A DNA stretch of 64,000 nucleotides from Bispira polyomma (taxonomy: Eukaryota). A program made the translations under genes and the position numbers. This document shows positions 1 through 14,540 of the stretch, piece by piece; the stretch's first letter is position 1, and each line of letters opens with the position of its first letter. The stretch covers positions 1,178,001-1,242,000 of the forward strand of contig OZ287756.1 in NCBI GenBank assembly GCA_965649765.1. Direction: 5' to 3'. The notes under the pieces are model-generated. The model ran no database searches. It had not been told where the DNA came from and saw only the letters and a list, made by a program, of their open reading frames with translations.

Positions 1-1692
1 TTGTTGATATTTTTTGTTTTGGTCTTTTGTGTATTTCAAGTCTATCTTACACATAAAACTAAACAAAAGCACCCAGTAGAGAGCAACTTTTGACATGTGC
101 TTAAAAACCCAAAAGGGTCTGTGCAATAAGTACAGATCTAAAGCTCTGGTATGTGGACAGTGGTCCTTTCTTTTATTTCTTAATGGACAGCTTAAGGAGA
201 CTATTCTACTCAGCAGGTGCTGCAACTTTGTTTGTTTAAGAGTCAGCCAGAGTCAACCAGAACCCATAAGTTAATATTGTCAAAAGTCAAATTGCCGGCA
301 CTTCCTTGTTGTTATACCACTAAAGCAAACCTCCAAATGTTTATATCCTGTAATGGTAAGGTACTAGGATGAGGCAACTTCCTAATCATTTAATTAGTTA
401 AAATCTGATACTACAACAGGAATGATGCACCTTGCAAGGGATATTGATATGCTTTTAATTTAAGGAAAGTCCAACTCACTTTTGGCTTACTTCATCTTAT
501 CTGCCACGTTACAGATGGTATATCAAAAGAATAACTTTTTTCAACCAAACGCACAAACTTATTCATGCCCCTGTTGCATATCTCCATTCATCAGCTACAT
601 TATAACTTTTGCAACGTCAATGAACCTGAGAAGTCCTTACAATTTTGTTGCTAAAAGTCTGCACTTGTTTTGTTTCAGATTTAGTAGTCGACATGATAGA
701 AAATGATACTCTACGATACTAAGTGTTAGGTTTGAATGTAACTGTAGACGCTGAGGTATGGTGTTACATGGCATGACAGAAGTCACAAATTCTAATTTAA
801 TGATGTTGCTTTCAACAGCTTTCAACAGCACTTCAGTGTGTGTGTCTATAACAGATAATCTCACATATCTAAATCATTAACAAAAACTAAAGGTACAAAG
901 GTATGGACGATAAATAGACAAAGATCATTGTTGTTATTGATTGAATTTGCCTCATACAATAACCTCTGATATTACCTACACTGACCTCCTTCAGAAAATG
1001 ATTGGTTTTCTCAATACATTTTTTTAACAACTATGACACAAACTTTTGTGACAATGTAACAGGTTTAAAATTCATAATGTATGAATTATATGTTGCTGAA
1101 TATTTGTTAATTTGACGTTAAAACCCTAATGAAGCATCTCACGAATTTTAATATAGTACGACTATTTTTTATTGCCTTTATTCGAAGAAATACCAAAACC
1201 AGGAGCGGTTTTCACCAAAGGGCTAAGCCAAGACTTGGTCTTAGAGTTGGTGTACCTTTGTGCCAGATTTAGAACATTCTGAATATCGCCACTGCTGAAA
1301 TCCAACAAAACTTGAACTTACACCTATATGTAGTAGTGTGGAGATACAAAAAAAAAACACCTAAAACTGGAAACAACATTTTTAGATCTGTTTATATGAC
1401 AAATCACATAGTTTTGGGCAACATTAAACCACCGACTTAAGGCAAGTACCTGACATACTTTTCCCACATAAAGAAACAAACGGGATTGAAACACCACATT
1501 TGGTGATATACCAGTAGTTATGAAGCTATTGCTTTTAACCACCATAACACCAGAGTCCCTTTGTGGACAGGATGGCCTGGATAATTGGCGGATAACACAC
1601 AATGATCTCTGATCTATACGCTATGTGGTAGGAACATCTCTTCATTTCTATAGTTATTTATCCAATTCTTAGCATCCCAGCATCACCAAGCT

Positions 1693-1770
1693 CTCCTTGT
1701 GGTCGTCTGGTTCGGGAGTTGTTTTAATGATCAAAAGGTGCCTGGTTCGACTCCGACTAACACCAGGCAC
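1693..1770 (+). mobile_element. Degenerate tRNA-derived SINE head
   Basis: A-box-like tggtcgtctgg and B-box ggttcgactcc at tRNA-like spacing; no intact cloverleaf. Confidence 0.35.
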
Positions 1771-4351
1771 TCTATTGCCTACCGTGCCTACTGTAATATA
1801 GTTTTCGTGTTTAACACACTTTATAGATGCATGGAATCTTCTAAAGTGCAACAACAGGATCAATTAACTAATAGAGAAATAAAAACACATAGTGAGGAAG
1901 GCTGTAAGAACGTGCAAGAAGGAACTCAGATTGTACTGAAGCAAACAAGGTATGAGGTGTTGAGAGACAACAGATTTGAAAGTCACAACATGGATTTTAA
2001 ACAGAATTCGAATGTGAAACCATTGTATTTTTTGAGGTATGAAGATACATCAGTACCGATACCTAGACAAACAAATGACGACCAAGTGACTTGTTGTTGG
2101 ACTATTCCTTTAAAAAAGAAGATGATCATACATTTATAGGGTGCTGTATATAAATACTTCAATATAAAGACTAACTATCATTGTTATCAACTGATAACAT
2201 ATACTCACACTCTCAAATCTCTACCCACAAGCGCTGTAGATATTGGATTTAGTGTGCACAGTTTTTGGATCTTGGATTTAAATTGAAAAAACGGCAAAAA
2301 TGAGTGCATTTCTGTGCTGACTGAAGCCTGTGTACTACTGACAAATGTGTTCAATATTCCAAACAAAAGATTCCTTTAAATCCCGTCAATTATAGGTATA
2401 ATATTCCCCCATTTCATACTTCTTGAAAGCAGATACTCACTGCTCTTGCAGAGCATGCGCGAGTATAATCATTTATTATAATAATTGCACTCAACGATTT
2501 TAGTCATATTTACTATGGCATTCTTAAAATGCTATGGAAAAAATGCACACCTGTATGATAACACGGCACATATAAGAGAACGTTATGATATTCTTATTGA
2601 CACACATGGTGTACTGGTCAAGACTTCAGTGAAGGTGATCCCATTCACAAAACATGAGCTTAATGATGAGCTTTTTAGTGAATCATGGTGTTTTTTTCTT
2701 GGCTTCTGAAATAAGCCTAGTGTAATGGTAACAGTAGCCCTATGTTTTAGTATGATGCCATATTCTCTTCAGGAACCTTTTCCGCCTTTTGACTTCAAGG
2801 ATTTCAGGCGTGATCTAAGTGCTGTACTGTTGTGAAGGGTGGCATTCTTGTCCATTATTTTACACAGACGATATAGTTTTGGTTACACGGGCCAATATTA
2901 TTTGTCCTAGTGTTTCTGAATATTAACCTATTTGTGTGATTTTTTTTAATTGAACAGTCTTGTTTACTGTATGTCTAGGAAGAAAATTAATGTTAAGATG
3001 AACAGTAAAATGATCTGAAATTGTGTCTGTCATCAATTAATCTACAGAGATGGATGAGTCTGACAGTGATATTACCAATCTAAACTGTGACCATGATTAT
3101 GGGGTGGTGCTGATGTGTTCAGTCAAACAAAACCTAAAAAGTAATTTTTGAAATCATTTGTGTAAGATTTATCCTTGCTAGTGTTATAATCACTAGTGAC
3201 TACAGTGTTTAGTGAATGCGTATTGGTAATTTCCATGAGGTCGGTTTTAAAGGAGCATTTTCGTGTGAGATATGGTGGGGTTTTAACTAAAAGAAGACGA
3301 AAGAATTGACATTTTTAGGTTGATTGACTCAACGGCAGCAAAACCTGAAATATATATTTCAACAACAATAAACATTTTTGACAAATACACCACCTCCGGG
3401 ATGAAAACTACATCAAATGTACTACCAAGATACAGTCCACAACCGAAAGACCCTTATTTCTAATAGACAAGCACAGCAGAAGATATGATCAAAAGGGAAA
3501 ATATGTTGAACTGACTGGTACCAGCATGAAGCAAAACCTTCCTATGACAAAAAGAGCCACATGGACTGACTCCAGTTCAGAATTTATTAATGTGAATGAT
3601 TTGCCATTACCAGAAAAAATACTAGTTGCTTCTCATGAAAAAGAGAACAAACAACCTGGAGTAAGAAGATCATTCACCACACAGAGTATCCACACAGTTA
3701 TAGATGTCGGCGATATGAAAAGACACAAATAACCGAGCCAAGACAAAATAAACCACATGATTCACAAAAATATACATTTAATTCAGTGTGATTCTACTGT
3801 ATTCACCAGCAAATAGAACCAGGAATTCCCACAAATTTACAGACATGGAAGTAAAAATATTACCTTGTATACCAGCGGAAAAGGCAAATAAAAACCAGAT
3901 ATTTCATAAAATAAACATTTTAACTATATTTACTATATTCTACTGTGTGTATCAACTATAGAAAAATACGGAGAGAGAATTCTACCTGGCTTCAAACCAT
4001 TTGATTTAAGAACTTCGTTAGAAAAATGATCCCCCTAATTGATACACGATGACTGATTTGTATAGATCAAACCTAATAATGTAATGAAGAGAGGACACTA
4101 ATCCTGTTTTGCAAGTAAAGAAAACAGTTTTACATATTCGACCCTGTCAAAAGCCTTTAATGCACTATAGTATGATCAAAATACTAGAATTTACAATTTG
4201 TATAATACCAAACAACTTCATTCAATATACAGGTACACTGAGTGGTGGAATGCCTAGTTTTCGAACCAAATTTCATAACAATCTTTTCAAACAATTATTA
4301 TTGCAACATAGCAGTTTCCAATCTGATACGTTATTAAAGACAATTCCTTTT

Positions 4352-4555
4352 ACACATGTTCATGGACCCAGCAATGTAATGAATGCTGGGGCAGCAAGTA
4401 ATATCATGGATGCCTGTGATGGATATGCAAAGAAGTTTGCACATTTAGAGGCTGGAGCAGGATGTGTTAGGGGCTGGTACACCATACCACAGGACAACAG
4501 TGTGCAATAATAGACAGGGTCACTCATGATGCCTAAAGTCTGACTTGGAGTACAA
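4352..4555 (+). pseudogene. 3' fragment of a GT31 galactosyltransferase-like gene (inverted copy of the end of the 43917-42707 gene)
   Basis: THVHGPSNVMNAGAASNIMDACD matches THVHGPSYVMNAGAASKILDACD of the minus-strand paralogue. The nucleotide match continues through the stop into the 3' UTR (taaagtctgacttgg). Internal deletion of about 60 bp; no upstream exon visible. Confidence 0.85.
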
Positions 4556-5373
4556 GATGTATGAAATGTAATGAATAATACCTTAGCACAAAGTTGATTC
4601 CCATGTATCCTTTAAGTAAACCAAGTAAGCAATAGGCTTTGTAAAGAAGGTGTGTCATGTGCGCTGAGAGACATTTTAAGCAGGACAAGTTTGCCTTGAA
4701 ATGTATGACTGTCTCACATATTACAGAATTGATTTTGTTACAGTACCAGAGAGATAATTTGATTAAACAGTTCTAGTGTACATTTGTCAACTCGATAATG
4801 TGTTGTTTCAATAGGCACAATCTAAAACTCATTTGTAATGTCATTTGTGTCTTTTTCTCTGTTTGCTGCAAAACTGTGCATATGTAACTATACATTTGGA
4901 ATTAATAAATATAATTATGGTTATACATCTTGCATTATATACATATTTTATGATTTTATGTATTATATATACACACAGTGAAGATTTATATGTTTATTAG
5001 TCCTTTTTATGGGCACTTATCTTACTATCAATTTACATGCAAAAATGTAAATCGTACCGTTTAATGTATATTCTGTTTCATAGCAACAGTTCGTTGATAA
5101 ACGACTAGTATCCTTGTGTTGGCATTTAAAAAATTTTAAATCACAAGAATTAGTGTATAGATGTAAATATTAATATGGCCTCGGAAACCCTAATTTTTTC
5201 ACTTTGACATCAAACTATGCACATAAATTTGTGTCTGTGATGAATGTTATTGCTTTTAAATAGTTTAATTGAGTTAAAAGTCTACATTGGCTACTAATAA
5301 GTGAGTGATGGCACCTATAACATTAGACTGCTCCGCCTTTGAACTACAATCACACTCCTTAGGGCAAGAGCAA

Positions 5374-5689
5374 ATGGCTGGTTTTGACGTCCAACAGTCC
5401 ATGACACTTCACAAAGGAATGTTAATATGGCTGGTTTTGACGTCCAACAGTCCATGACACTTCACAAAGGAATGTTAATATGGCCGGTTGTGACGTTCAA
5501 CAGTCCATGACACTTTACAAAGGAATGTTAATATGGCTGGTTGTGGCGTTTAACAGTCCATGACACTTCACAAAGGGGTGTTAATATGGCTCGTTGTGAT
5601 GTCTAACAGTCCATGACACTTCACAAAGGGTTGTTAATATGGCTCGTTGTGACGTCTAACAGTCCATGACACTTCACAAAGGGGTGTTA
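5374..5689. repeat. Minisatellite, 53-bp unit, 6 copies
   Basis: atggctggttttgacgtccaacagtccatgacacttcacaaaggaatgttaat repeats with starts at 5374, 5427, 5480, 5533, 5586, 5639. Confidence 0.95.
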
Positions 5690-6081
5690 TGATGAGTTAT
5701 TGTATTTCTGAATTCCATTTGCATGATGTGTTTATTTACTGAGAGAATTGTATCAAGCATTGCTGTAAATAGTGTTATTGTGATGGCAGGATTGAGTTTA
5801 AGGTTTCAATAGTGATCAATAAATGGCATTAAATAGAATGATTTCATTCAAATGCGAGTTCATTATTCAGTACCCAAAGAGGCATTAAAGATGTCACAAA
5901 ATTATTTGAAGTAAATATTGATGTCAAATGTTTCATAGATAATGTATACAAGTGCAGAAGGTAACAACTATTTACATTTACTGACGACAGACACATATAT
6001 CTGTGGAATTATTACTGTGTTTGTGTGGCATTAAACTTAGGAAGAAAAAACTATTTATAGATAACTGATGTCCAAATTACA

Positions 6082-8212
6082 ATGAAACTCTTCACATTCG
6101 CATCAGTATGTAAATCCGTTTTGATTGTGTTCTTAATGTACTTGTTAACAATACTTTGGAGAATGGCAACCACTGAACCAAGGGGTATACAGTCTTCTAG
6201 AAGGATTTCAATTGTAAACAAACATGTGGCAGAGAAACTTTTCGAGCCAGAAAATGTATTAGATCCAGCAGAGTTGTTAGATCCTGAAAGACACCAGACT
6301 GAACTGTTAGTCGGGGTTGTGTCTGATAGTGAAAATTTTGAAACCCGGCAGAAGATCCGGTGTTCTTGGAACAGTTCCATTGGAGGAGAACATTTCCGGA
6401 GTTGTGAGGAGTTGGGCAACCAGTACTGGAATACTGATTACGGTATGGAATCGATCATACATTGCAAACTTATAAACATGTGTTGTATAAAATTTATCGT
6501 GGTAGGTTAGTTATTAGACACTTATTATATTCAGATATATCCTAAAAAGGGTTCAGAAATGTATTGCATTAGTGAACATTTTGTTACGGTGACGGGAGCA
6601 AGCGCGGTAGCAATTACCGGTTGCTTTGAGGTTGTAACAGGAAAAGACAAAAAGTTTCACTTAACAAATTTATTTTAACAAATAAAATAACAATTACAGA
6701 ATTACAAAATTATACAATTACAAAATTACAAAATTACAGTCAACTGAGATACCCTTAATAGCTCACACAATAATACAATAATGAAATCAATCTGACCTGA
6801 CCACAGTCCTGTCCACTCAAATAACAATTAAACAAGTTTGTCCACTGTATCCAGCAATCTGTCTTGAGATCCGCTCAATGTCCACACAATGCCTGTATCC
6901 TGTTATCTGTTCAGTGTCCACGCACACAAAATGTATATATCCAGAGAGTCTGCACAACTAAGCTATTCAGTCCAGGATGCAAACAATATCCAATATGCAG
7001 TAAATCCAATCTCTGGTAGATCCACAACTTTTATCTAGTTCACTCCAATGAGTTCACCCCAAAATGTATATAACAAACAGTTTATATCCACAGCATAGTA
7101 GTTCATATAGCATTCATATAGCACCTCAGCTCAACTAACTCTCTCTTCTGTGGCCAGGCTGTCAACCCTTATATATACCACTGCTAGAGAAGGTTGCTAG
7201 AATGTGTAAGCAATCGCTAGGACATTCCAGAGATGAGATATACACATGAATACAACTTTAATAACCTTCAGAAATAAAATAGAACCGGTTTCTAGAATTT
7301 TAGTTTCCCCAAATCTATAAATAGATCACTCCAGCAGAGTGTAAGACCATTAGTACTAACTAGACCGGTTTTTCTTCAACACCCCACAATGTCCCCATAT
7401 GTAACAATTTTCACTGGGAATTCATTTTAGCTATTTTAGTTGGTATGGTGAAACATTTGTATTGTTTCTTAATTGGCCAATAATGAAAATCTATTTCAGT
7501 GAAGTTCTTAAAACCTTGTAAATTAGTAAAATCTATTAGTTCCTGCCATTTATTTGGCAATTCTCTAATTGATGTTTGTCTCTATTATTGTGTCATCACA
7601 GGCCACTACAAAAGACTCAATGTGAATGTTATATTTATCACTGGTAGAAGTAGAGATAAGTACATCCGGGGGTTTGTGTCCAGAGAGGCCCGGATGTATA
7701 GAGACATAGTGATGGGTAAATTCCTGGATTCTGTTTACAGTCGGACTCACAAGTCTCACTTGATGTTACGTACTTTTACACAGTACTTCACCAAAGCTCG
7801 GTACTTACTAAAGACCACTGAGGAAAGTCTGCTCAACTTCCCTGTATTACTGGAGCTCCTGAGTCACCAGACCTCTGCATCCTTTGTACTGGGGCGTGTT
7901 GTGAGGGGGGTCAAACCCATACGTGACACCTGTAACACCATGTTTCAACTCTCCTTGAGACAGTATAGAGATGTTGTCTTCCCACCATACACCACAGGAC
8001 CTACTTACCTCATGAGCTCCTCTGCGGCTCGCAAGATACTCCAGGCTTGCCACATGGCCGAGTCTTTCATCCACCTGGATGACATTTTCGAGACAGGGAT
8101 ATGTCGTGACAAGGCTGGTGTACCAGTGATACACACAGATAGAATGTGTAAAGATAAGTTAACAAATAACAGTACAACTACAGTTGTACAGAGATGTACT
8201 GACTACAAGTAG
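6082..8212 (+). CDS. GT31 beta-1,3-galactosyltransferase-like protein, paralogue 1 (exons 6082-6442, 7602-8212; about 323 aa)
   Basis: N-terminal type-II TM helix; GT31 motifs RQKIRCSW, E..MYRDIVMGKFLDS, FPPYTTGPTYLMS, LDDIFETG. Phase-1 GT (6443) to AG (7600-7601) intron keeps the frame. The DxD position reads KTTEE. Confidence 0.88.
6582..7406 (-). mobile_element. Solo LTR (copy 1) in the intron of GT31 paralogue 1
   Basis: TGTTAC...GTAACA termini, flanking ATTT duplication (6578-6581, 7407-7410), near-identical reverse complement of 33222-33994. Confidence 0.85.
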
Positions 8213-10106
8213 TACATATAGCATAGGAGATGTATTGATTTAGGAAACCAGTACAATTTGTATGTGACAATACCTACTTATGCTGAGGACCTGGAAAGAT
8301 TTTCCCCCATAAATGGAAGCAGTGGCAGTTAAACCCACTGTCACGGCAGTGATTTCAAAGCAGACAACAGGCATATAGTGACCCCCTTAATATCACCAGT
8401 GAACTTAATTGTTATTATCTGGCCACTCGATGCTGTATTTTTAGGTCAAATATAACAGTAATTGAAAGTAGCCAATTGTACATTGTGTAATAACCATTGT
8501 GCAATAACCAGTACAAGGAGTGCATAACAGACCATTGATATCAATTCTCTAAACATAGAGCCTTGCACACCTTGTAACCAGTTTTATCTTCAGGTAAAGT
8601 GTCTGCATGTGTACAAAAGCAAGAGCTAAACTACTTAGACCGTTACATTTAAACCAGCATTATCAGTTTGACGTCAAATGTAAACTGTGATGCTGAGCAA
8701 GGCAATGTGAAAAAGAAAACAACTACAGTCAAGTTTGTGACAACAAACGCCCTCAAACATGAAGAAATTTCACAAGGTCATTTGCAGGACTTGATATATA
8801 ACACTTGGATATGATCTATTATGTACCTTCTATACATAACTTCTAGGTTTAATATGAAAGTGGACTTTTTTCTGCATTTTAGAATGTGTTAGTTAAATGA
8901 CGCAGAGTTGGACATTAAAAACTTTTGATTGACCACTTATAAAAACATATTCACGATGGGCTTGAAATGTCATACCTGTGATGGAAGACTTTGTATTGTA
9001 GGCAAAATTGAAAGTCAACTACTTTCATTAATACGAGTTTCAACGCCAAACTGGTTGCTAAGTAGTTGCCAAAGTGGCATATCCAGTGCCAGACCTCCAA
9101 CTTCCAACGCAAACTTCAGCATATTTTTATCGGTCGACGTCGGCCTGATTCTTTCCCTCATTACACATTAGTACCAAGTGCTTGAAACATAAATAGCTAC
9201 AAAAACACTGTCATAGGTATAGTTTTTATCCTATATATACTTAATATTTGTTGGAACAAAAAACACACAAATCGACCAACAACTTAGCGTTGGATAAAAC
9301 TCCTTGGGCTATTTTAGTCTCATATAGTTTTTGATATCCATGGCTATAATTAGGTCGAAGACGATCTTTAAAAAGTCTTAACCTCTGTGTGAATGGGGTT
9401 TTAGATAACAATGGTAACAATGATAACACTGGCCCTTATTTCCTATAAGGGCAGGTATGTTAAATGGGGCTAAGATATTGGGTAAACTACTTGGTAAGTT
9501 CCTAACATGTTTGTTATATCCTTCAGATTCAAGGATATATTTCACTGTGTCTTACTGTAGCTAATTATGTATTTGGTGTTGTATTTTGTATTTTTAACTT
9601 GCCTTATTGAGGCGAGGAATCTTCCAAAGCAAATAGACAGTTGTCAGTGGACATGTTTATGGTTCGTGGATTACAGTGTAGAGACCCTTGATCAACTACA
9701 ATGATTAATGGCTAAATAATAAACATTGTCCATAATGCTAGTAAATCCGACTGTACATTTACATATATAACTCTGTAAATAGTGGTTATTTTCTATTAGT
9801 GGTTGTCGGTAATTTAAAATATTGTTAACATTTGTGAAAGTAGTTACTCAATATGGTCTTTGTTTTAAGATAGCCTTTATTACATTAAGGTGAAAATTAA
9901 AAAAACTCTATACAAAGATTAAGACCAACACAGGTGAATGTCACATAAATAGTCTGCTACATTAAAGCCACTAAATACTGATGTATTTTGGAGTTTTACA
10001 ATGAATGAAATGCTTGGACTTCAATTGCGTCACAATCAATTTCAAGGCATCCTAAATATGATCCCCATGAATAATCCAGTAAATGGAAAAGGTTTGTGAC
10101 CGGAGT

Positions 10107-10911
10107 GCAGTTGTAAAAAACAGCACAATATTACCAGGGAGACTATTACATTCAGTTGTAATAACCAACATACTATTACCAGGGAGACTATTACATTCAG
10201 TTGTAATAACTAACATACTATTACCAGGGAGACTATTACATTCAGTTGTAATAACCAACAGACTATTACCAGGGAGACTATTACATTCATTTGTAATAAC
10301 CAGCACATTATTACCAGGGAGACTATTACACTCAGTTGTAATAACCAGCACATTATTACCAGGAAGACTATTACATTCAGTTGTAATAACAAACATACTA
10401 TTACCAGGGAGACTATTACATTCAGTTGTAATAACCAGCAGACTATTACCAGAGAGACTATTACATTCAGTTGTAATAACCAGCAGACTATTACCAGGGG
10501 GACTATAACATTCAGTTGTAATAACCAGCACACTATTACCAGGGAGACTATAACATTCAGTTGTAATAACCAACACACTATTACCAGAGAGACTATTACA
10601 TTCAGTTGTAATAACCAACATACTGTTACCAGGGAGATTATTACACTCAATTGTAATAACCAGCAGACTATTACCAGGGAGACTATTACATTCAGTTGTA
10701 ATAACCAACATACTATTACCAGGGAGACTATTACATTCAGTTGTAATAACCAACATACTGTTACCAGGGAGACTATAACATTCAGTTGTAATAACCAACA
10801 CACTATTACCAGGGAGACTATTACATTCAGTTGTAATAACAGCACACTATTACCAGGGAGACTATAACATTCAGTTGTAATAACAGCACACTATTACCAG
10901 AGAGACTATTA
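10107..10911. repeat. Minisatellite, 42-bp unit, about 19 copies
   Basis: Unit close to actattaccagggagactattacattcagttgtaataaccaacat; produces spurious repetitive ORFs. Confidence 0.97.
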
Positions 10912-11829
10912 AACACAGAAGGTGCTGCAACTTGAACTGGCTATTTTCTTTTGGTTAAAATGTCAAACAATACAATTTTTTACTTTAGAAAACAATTCAA
11001 AGATATTAAGTATAATGCAATCATGAGATAGTGTTATCTCATTTTGCCTTTTGTACTTTCACAGGCAATATTTATTTACCTGAAGTAAACCTGTATAAAC
11101 TGATAGCTGAGATCACAATCAATACTCCATTGCAACATATTATCTGATAGGTGCTGGTTATGGTTATATTATACGCGTCTAATTACAATAAGTCAAATAA
11201 CATCTTGTAAATTTTACCGTATCATACTAGATCCATGCTTTAATTAATTATAATCTTTTATTTTCGATTATTTTTAAGAATAATTTAAATTGGATATTCC
11301 ATTATATTAAAATACATTTGTTTATTAAAATACTGTGACTAACCATTGATTCAGCATTAAAAAGAGCCCAATAACTGAGATTTGTATCGATTTTCAGTGA
11401 CTGATACTGTGTATATGTGTGTCACCTGTCAGATATACCCAAAAGTATATTCTGTAGTACAAACATTGGGGGCTTGGTCGAAACTTAAACCATGTAAACA
11501 CTCGTTTCAGTTTAGTTTTCAGTTTCGATAACAACTGCCTGTATATTTCCACACATATAAGTGTACTGTAAATTGACTTGACTCTGTGTTAAATGTATTT
11601 GTGTTTCTTTAATCTGGTCTGACATAAATTATCAAGGTATGAAGATTTTGCTTTATAATTTTAAACTTTGGGGATTTGTTTATTTATAACATACATTTTT
11701 ATGTTAATATATGTATATATAATAGTTTGTATAGTTGTGTCATTTCATTCTTCGAAAATATATTTTCCGAATATAGATGTTTTCATTAGATTACTTCCGT
11801 GTGACAAGTTTAATACACAAGGGCATTAT

Positions 11830-12830
11830 ATTGAGAAATGCTATAATTATATAGACAAATGCTATAATTATATAGACAGATGCTATAATTATATCGACAG
11901 ATGCTATAATTATATAGAAATATACTATAATTATATTGACAGATGCTGTAAGTATATAGACAGATGCTATAATTATAGAGACAGATGCTAGAATTAAGGA
12001 GACAGACGCTATATTTATAATGACAGATGCTATAATTATTGAGACAGATGCTATAATTATATAGAAAGATGCTATAAATATATTGACAGATGCTATTAGT
12101 ATATAGACAAATGCTATAATTATATAGACAGATGCTATAATTATATCGACAGATGCTATAATTATATAGAAATATACTATAATTATATTGACAGATGCTG
12201 TAAGTATATAGACAGATGCTATAATTATAGAGACAGATGCTAGAATTAAGGAGACAGACGCTATATTTATAATGACAGATGCTATAATTATTGAGACAGA
12301 TGCTATAATTATATAGAAAGATGCTATAAATATATTGACAGATGCTATTAGTATATAGACAGATGCTATAATTATATAGACAGATGCTATAATTATATAA
12401 ACAGATGCTATAATTTTATAGACAGATGCTATAATTATAATCACAGATGCTATAATTATACTGAGAGATGCTAAAATATAGAGACAGATGCTATAATTAC
12501 AATGACAGATGCTATAAGGATACTGACAGATGCTATAATTATAGAGACAGATGCTATAATAATATAGAAAGATGCTATAAGTATATTCACAGATGCTATT
12601 AGTATATAGACAGATGCTATAATTTTATAGACAGATGCTATAATGATAATCACAGATGTTATAATTATACTGAGAGATGCTAAAATATGGTGACAGATGC
12701 TATAAGGATACTGACAGATGCTATAATTATAGAAACAGACGCTGTAATAATAGTCACCAGATGATATAATTATACAGACAGATGCTATAATTATACTGAC
12801 ATATACTATAATTATGTAGACAGATATACA
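11830..12830. repeat. Minisatellite, 21-bp unit with a 252-bp higher-order duplication
   Basis: Unit gacagatgctataattatata; the variant pattern starting near 11851 recurs near 12103. Confidence 0.95.
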
Positions 12831-13649
12831 TTTGTTTATTATAATGACATTAAACAGGTACATAATGGACAATTAACTCAATAACTATTGCTGATACTAA
12901 CAAAATCACACTGGAACTAATTTTGGTGATTATTTTATAGTGGAATACGGTTCACACCATATTTTCATATCTTTATATTCTTGTGTTCTCATCTCTTTGT
13001 ATTTGGATATTTGTTTACTACAATTAAGTATGAAGAATATTAATTGATCTGGCTTTGAGAAATGTTTAATATGACTGTTTCTCCATTGGCAGATTCAGTC
13101 AACTTCATTGTGAGATATTTCGTACAATGAAGCAGTCAATTAGAAAATGTACTTCATCTTTCACAATAGCAAGTGGGCAAAGTAAACATATTCTTACTTC
13201 CACTATCTGTTGTCTAGAGATTCCCTGCACATCATATATGATCTTTTATCGACCGAAACAATTCCCAAATGATACCTAACCAAATTTTCTTGACGTTGAG
13301 TAAGGCTGCACCTGACTCAACTCAATAAGAATTTTACCAAAATAAACAAAGTGATCATGTGATCACATGTCCAATTTAACAGTAAGTTTGATTGGCCTGT
13401 TGCTATTTTGCTGTGCCAACATATCTAGACGTGCGTCTGAGCTGAGATAAAGTTTCAGCTCAGCTTGAGTACAAATGTGTTTGAGAGAATACAAAATTGA
13501 GCAAAAACTGAACCAAAAACTTTAAGTTGAATCTCGTCAATGGTAATATAAAGGACTGTCCTGTATGTAGTTCATCTTTTATTGTATCAGATCAGATAAC
13601 AAATAGTCCCCCTGTTGAACTTCTGTCATATTATTCTCTATAAGATAAC

Positions 13650-13848
13650 GAGATACCAGTGCAATACACTCTGGGATGTGACAGTTGTTACAGGTTAGGG
13701 ATAGGATTAAGGAGAGGCCAGTATGATACACCCTGGGATGTGACAACTGTTACAGGTTAGGGTTGAGGAGAGACCAGTGCAATACACTCTGGGATGTGAC
13801 AGCTGTTACAGGCTAGGATTAAGGCAAGACCAGTACAATACACTCTGA
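13650..13848. repeat. Tandem repeat, about 59-64-bp unit, about 3.4 copies
   Basis: accagtgcaatacactctgggatgtgacagttgttacaggttagg repeated. Confidence 0.9.
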
Positions 13849-14540
13849 GAAATGACTTGTTTGTCTGTTCGTTTGATTGTTTGTTTTTGTTAGCAGGATT
13901 ACATAAACACTAACGAACCAACATTGATCAAATTTTTTTAGGAAAGCACAATTTTAAGGGAAAACAGGATTAGTTACTGTGTAATTTAATTATGATAAGC
14001 ATTTATCGTACACCTCAAGCAGCCTCAGACAGCTTTGGTCAAAATATAGGCTCTTGTGTCGAATTTGACTTTGATGTGAATCTTATACTGTGTGTGTTAT
14101 ACATACTCTTTACCATATCATCTTAAAATATTAACAGATAACTGACAAAAATTGATATAAATCGAAACATTTACAAAGTGTTACATTGATCTTCACATCC
14201 TCTAAAATATTGGTTTGTCCACAATTATTAGTCCAGACACAGAAATTAGTCACAACTAAGTGCTTGGTGACAGAGATAAATATAGCTGAGAGTAAAAAAC
14301 AAATGGATAGTTTTTAATTTTTGTTTGTTACCTGATGCTGATGAATAATTTACTGCAAGCCACCAGCCTTCAGCAAATCTACTGCCAAAATGTTTACATT
14401 GCCACGTCAAACCTGTGATGAGGTGGAAAGTATCTTACACCACTGAGGCCCTGATTGGGGAAAATGATAATACTTATAATACTTTCATAATTGCAATAAC
14501 ACTGAACAAGTATATGTATGTAGCACAATACAACTAGAGG

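Noticed and set aside
1699-2139. 146-aa ORF, and the 68-aa ORF at 3526-3732, as exons of an upstream gene
   Set aside because: No recognisable domain and no consistent splice model; the first begins in a SINE-like head. Cannot be excluded without RNA data.
5374-5689. CRISPR-like regular repeats (also 13650-13848 and 19464-19656)
   Set aside because: Units are contiguous with no unique spacers, no cas genes, eukaryotic context.
10052-10845. Long repetitive ORFs (249, 141 and 211 aa)
   Set aside because: By-product of a 42-bp unit divisible by 3; open on both strands, no gene context.
11668-12872. Ile/Ala/Ser-rich and YNYIDRC ORFs
   Set aside because: Translations of a 21-bp minisatellite.
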